From the NCBI GenBank assembly GCA_963845565.1, contig CAWJSJ010000002.1:64001-128000 (forward strand): a stretch of DNA of 64,000 nucleotides, written 5' to 3'. How positions within the stretch are numbered: position 1 is the first letter of the stretch; every line of letters starts with the position of its first letter. The stretch is from an uncultured Methylomirabilota bacterium (GTDB taxonomy: Bacteria; Methylomirabilota; Methylomirabilia; Methylomirabilales; 2-02-FULL-66-22). Shown here piece after piece: positions 60,343-64,000 of the stretch. Both the position numbers and the translations under genes were made by a program. A model generated the notes under the pieces. The model did no database searches and was not told the origin of the DNA. It worked only from the letters and a program-made list of their open reading frames with translations.

Positions 60343-61578
60343 ATGAGAAGGACTATGAGGCTCGTTCGGATGACGCTCTTCACTGTTGCCGCATGGTTGG
60401 CCGCCGGCTCGTTGGCGACGGCTGACGTGGTCACCGACTGGAACATCACGGCAGGCGATATCGTGGTGGCTGCCAAACTTCCCCCGCCGCCGGCCTACCG
60501 AGTCATGGCCATGGTCCAGAGTGCCGTCTACGAAGCCGTCAACGCCGTGACCAAGCGCTACCCATCAAATGGCGTGAAGCTGGACGTGGCGCCCGGTGCG
60601 TCGGTCGAGGCTGCGGTCGCCGCAGCGAACCGCGCGGTCCTGTCGAAGATGATCCCATCACAACAACCCGCGATCGACAGCGCCTATCAGGCTACGCTAT
60701 CGGGGATCCCCGCTAGCGCGGGGAAGGCGGAAGGAATCGCGGTGGGAGAAAGAGCTGCCGCCGCCATCCTGTCACGCCGCACCGACGACGGCGCCGGCGC
60801 GCCGGAAAGCTATCGCCCGCGCACGACTGCAGGCCTCTACGTGCCCACCGTCGTACCGGCCGTGCCCCATTGGCCTCGTCGTACGCCGTGGGTCATGAGC
60901 AACGCTGGCCAGTTCCGCCCCGGACCACCCCCCAGCCTGACCAGCACTCTCTGGGCTCGCGACTACAACGAGATCAAGCTCCTGGGAGCGAAGAACAGCG
61001 CGCAGCGCACCGCGGAGCAAACAGCCATCGCCCGCTTCTGGGAGGCCACGCAGCCCACGGTTTACTACCCGGTTGTGCGCTCCGTCGCCAACATGGTAGG
61101 CAGGGAGATCACGCAAAACGCCCGCCTGTTTGCCGTGACCGGCCAGGGGATGGACGACGCCCTGATCGCGGTGTTTGACGCCAAGTATCACTACGAGTTC
61201 TGGCGGCCCGTCACCGCGATCCGCAACGGCGACCTCGATGGCAATGACGCGACGGAGCGTGATGTCTCTTGGGCGCCCTTCATCGACACCCCGATGCACC
61301 CGGAGTACCCATGCGCCCACTGCATCAATGCCGCGACCATCGGCACCATACTACAGGCGGAGATTGGCAAAGGCCCCACGCCAACGCTGAGCACGACCAG
61401 CCCCACGGCGCCGGGCATGGTTCGCGCGTGGACGAAGATTGACGATTTCGTCCAGGAAGTGGCCGACGCACGCATCTACGACGGCGTGCATTACCGCACC
61501 TCCACCGAAGTCGGCACAGCCATGGGCAGGAAAATCGGCGAGTTGGCAGGAGCAAAGTACCTGAGCACGGTGAAGTAG
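60343..61578 (+). CDS. Vanadium-dependent haloperoxidase / PAP2 superfamily protein, secreted
   Basis: DVVTDWN, AKYHY.FWRPVTAIR, PMHPEYPCAH, ARIYDGVHY. Confidence 0.88.
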   Translation: MRRTMRLVRMTLFTVAAWLAAGSLATADVVTDWNITAGDIVVAAKLPPPPAYRVMAMVQSAVYEAVNAVTKRYPSNGVKLDVAPGASVEAAVAAANRAVLSKMIPSQQPAIDSAYQATLSGIPASAGKAEGIAVGERAAAAILSRRTDDGAGAPESYRPRTTAGLYVPTVVPAVPHWPRRTPWVMSNAGQFRPGPPPSLTSTLWARDYNEIKLLGAKNSAQRTAEQTAIARFWEATQPTVYYPVVRSVANMVGREITQNARLFAVTGQGMDDALIAVFDAKYHYEFWRPVTAIRNGDLDGNDATERDVSWAPFIDTPMHPEYPCAHCINAATIGTILQAEIGKGPTPTLSTTSPTAPGMVRAWTKIDDFVQEVADARIYDGVHYRTSTEVGTAMGRKIGELAGAKYLSTVK

Positions 61579-61682
61579 TACCGGCCCGGCGGGGAACCCG
61601 CCTGTGAGACTGAAGGTGGCTCGCCTTCGCAAGAAAGGGTGCGCCATATCGGCGCCAGGTACGGGGAGGAGCCCAGCCGCTG

Positions 61683-61803
61683 GACCTCCCCGTCGAGCAG
61701 CCCTACCGCTTTTGGCAGATCATGAACCTGATGGCCGCCAACGCGCTGGGTCTCGCGAATTCCGCAATCACTCGTGATCCGGGCGGACGAGGTAATCCGG
61801 TGA
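61683..61803 (+). pseudogene. Degenerate 3' remnant of an ABC substrate-binding protein paralog
   Basis: DLPVEQP..F..IMNL.AA.ALGL [frameshift] IPQSLVIRADEVIR-stop resembles the C-terminus of the next gene. Confidence 0.65.
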
Positions 61804-62810
61804 GGCAATTTTCGATTGCCGATTTCGGGTTGTCGATTGGGCCAGTGGCGACACTCCTCGCCGCCCTCGCGATCAGCCTCGTCGCGGTGCCGCTCGCCGC
61901 TGATGCGCAGCAGGTCAAACGTCCCTTCCGAATCGGTGTGCTCCACACCGGCTTCTTCGAGGAAGTACCATCGGTAGCGGGTCTCAGGGCCGGCCTCACG
62001 GCGATGGGTCTTGAGGAAGGCCGTGACGTCACATTCGACATCCGGTTCACCCGGGGGAAACTCGAGGACGTGTCGAGCGCTGCGACGTCTTTGGTCAAGA
62101 CAACTCCAGACCTCTTGGTCGCCCAGCAAGAATATTCCGCGCGAGCCCTGAAAGCGGCCACACCGAAGATCCCGGTAGTCTTCGTCGAGGTGGGTGATCC
62201 GTTAGCCGCCGACCTGGTCGCCTCGGTCCCGCGCCCCGGCGGAAACGTCACCGGGGTCTCCAGCATGGCCACAGAGCTGACGCCGAAACGCCTGGAAATT
62301 CTCAGGGCCACCTTCCCCGGCGTGCGTCGGGTGTGGGCCGTCTATCACGCAGACGACCTGTCGTCCGCCGCTGCTGCCCGCAAGGCGCAAGAAGTCGCCG
62401 CTGTACTAAAGCTAGAGGTGGTGGCACAGGCGGTCCGGACGCGTGAGGAACTCGTGAGCCACCTCAAGACGCTTCGTTCGGGCGATGGCTTGCTGGCGCC
62501 GCCCGGGCTCGCCCTGAACATCTCTGGTGTGATCCTGGATCTGGAGTTGATGAGCAAGTGGCCCGCCCTGTTCTACAACACGTTCTGGGTACAGGCCGGT
62601 GCCCTCGTGTCGTACGGTTCCGACCCGCATGCCGAGGGCGTTCAGGCCGCCCGGCTCGTCGCGAGGATCCTGCGTGGGGAGCGGCCCCAGGACCTGCCGG
62701 TCGAAGGCGCCAATAGGATCGAGTTGGCGATCAACCTGAAGACGGCGCGGAGCCTGGGTATCACTATTCCCCGGGACATCCTCGTTCGAGCCGATCGGGT
62801 GATCGAGTAG
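61800..62810 (+). CDS. ABC transporter substrate-binding protein (ABC_sub_bind type)
   Basis: IPVVF..VGDP...LVAS..RPGGNVTG, KRLEIL, GAL.SYG, DLPVE, INLKTA..LG..IP. Confidence 0.88.
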   Translation: MRQFSIADFGLSIGPVATLLAALAISLVAVPLAADAQQVKRPFRIGVLHTGFFEEVPSVAGLRAGLTAMGLEEGRDVTFDIRFTRGKLEDVSSAATSLVKTTPDLLVAQQEYSARALKAATPKIPVVFVEVGDPLAADLVASVPRPGGNVTGVSSMATELTPKRLEILRATFPGVRRVWAVYHADDLSSAAAARKAQEVAAVLKLEVVAQAVRTREELVSHLKTLRSGDGLLAPPGLALNISGVILDLELMSKWPALFYNTFWVQAGALVSYGSDPHAEGVQAARLVARILRGERPQDLPVEGANRIELAINLKTARSLGITIPRDILVRADRVIE

Positions 62811-62916
62811 GGCTGTGGTTGGCCTGTTGCCTATTGCGTTGCGAATTCACCACGGATCGAGGCTGCTCGGTTGGTGCAATGAAAAAGGAAGCGAAAACCA
62901 TGAGGGAGGGGACGGT

Positions 62917-63470
62917 ATGAAAACCACAGGGAAGGTATCTGTGGGGGGTGCTCCTCGGGGCGATCGTCGGTCTCATGTGTCGCCGGTTCCGCCAGCGCCC
63001 TCGAGGTGGGGCAGAAGGCGCCGGATTTCACGCTGACGGCGCCCGGCAACAAACAGGTCAAGCTGGCCGACCTGCTCGGCAAAGGTCCGGTGGTGCTCTA
63101 CACGTTCGTGGACGCGTTCGGCGCGGCCTGAACGGAGGAGATCAGCGGCTTCGAGGCGAGCCTTGCGCAGTTCGAAGCCGCCAACGCCCACGTCGTGGGC
63201 GTCAGCGCCGATCCCGTGGCCAAGTTAGACGATTTCACGAAGAAGAACCGCGTCAAGCACCTCCTCCTATCCGACGCCGATCGCAAGATGCTCCCGGCCT
63301 ACGGGGTGATGATGACCGACCAGAAGAGCCCCATGTACCGCCTCGCGAAGCGAGCATATTTCATCCTGGACCGTCAGGGCATCGTGCGCTTCGTGCGGGT
63401 CCAGGCCAACCCGCTCGACCTATTGAAAACCGAGGAGGTGTTGAAGGCGCTCAAGGGGTTAGGAGCGTAA
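62917..63470 (+). CDS. Second peroxiredoxin-like selenoprotein paralog; leader region carries two apparent frameshifts
   Basis: ALEVGQKAPDF...YTFVDAFGAA-TGA(63129-63131)-TEEI in frame with 63195-63470; hairpin 63147-63179; signal peptide split over three frames. Confidence 0.7.
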
Positions 63471-63683
63471 TCGGAGCCATGTCGGAATTGACCCTTCACC
63501 GGTTAATCGCGACTGTCCGCTCAAGGCCGTCGCGCTCGGGCGTTTTCAGACCGGCCCCATCCGCGCGGATGAGGCGGTTCGGTGAGTTGCTCGGCGGGAG
63601 CGTTCGTTTCTGCGGGGGCCCGCCTGGAAGACAACCCTCGCACCCGTAAATAGGCAGCTTATCTTCGACGAAGGAGGTTTCCC

Positions 63684-63977
63684 ATGGCGACGTACATCAG
63701 TCTCATCAACTACACCGATCAAGGGATTCGGAACGTGAAGGACTCACCGAAGCGACTGGACGCGGCAAGGAAGCTGCTCAAAGACCTGGGTGGCGATCTC
63801 AAAGAGTTCTATCTGACGATGGGAGGCCACGACATGGTCATCGTTGCCGACGCTCCGAGCGATGAGGTGATGGCCAAGTTCTCTCTCACCGTCGGATCGC
63901 TGGGCAGCATCCGGACAACCACGCTCAAGGCGTTCTCGGAGGCCGAGTATCGGAAGGTCATTGCAGCGCTTCCCTAA
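63684..63977 (+). CDS. GYD domain protein
   Basis: YISLINYTDQG, FYLTMGGHD, RTTTLKAF; AAGGAGG RBS. Confidence 0.88.
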   Translation: MATYISLINYTDQGIRNVKDSPKRLDAARKLLKDLGGDLKEFYLTMGGHDMVIVADAPSDEVMAKFSLTVGSLGSIRTTTLKAFSEAEYRKVIAALP

Positions 63978-64000
63978 CCTGTGGCCCCCCTCGTGCGCCC

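Overview
GC-rich bacterial chromosomal window. Gene content resembles Methylomirabilota/NC10-Rokubacteria-type genomes (an inference only). Housekeeping and metabolic genes include an SDR, a PduO-type adenosyltransferase, a homocysteine methyltransferase, an RsmH paralog, Csp/RRM proteins, ECF and Dpp transporters and a class III aminotransferase. A tRNA-Val(TAC) carries a 3.2-kb integrase-less island bounded by a 43-bp att repeat, and there are two toxin-antitoxin pairs and two tiny IS-derived elements. Most notable: (1) three redoxin genes split in the ORF track by in-frame TGA codons at the catalytic Cys position, each followed by a SECIS-like hairpin, giving an exported 1-Sec peroxiredoxin plus UxxC TlpA selenoprotein operon and a second Sec-peroxiredoxin paralog; (2) a cytoplasmic signalling module of FHA-EAL phosphodiesterase, small unknown protein, HEAT-repeat Ser/Thr kinase and two PilT-like ATPases with no pilus genes nearby; (3) a run of secreted proteins including a CsgG-domain/Gln-Pro-Gly repeat/OmpA fusion; (4) an intergenic cluster of DnaA-box-like motifs with no dnaA gene. 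All calls come from reading motifs by eye; no database searches were run.
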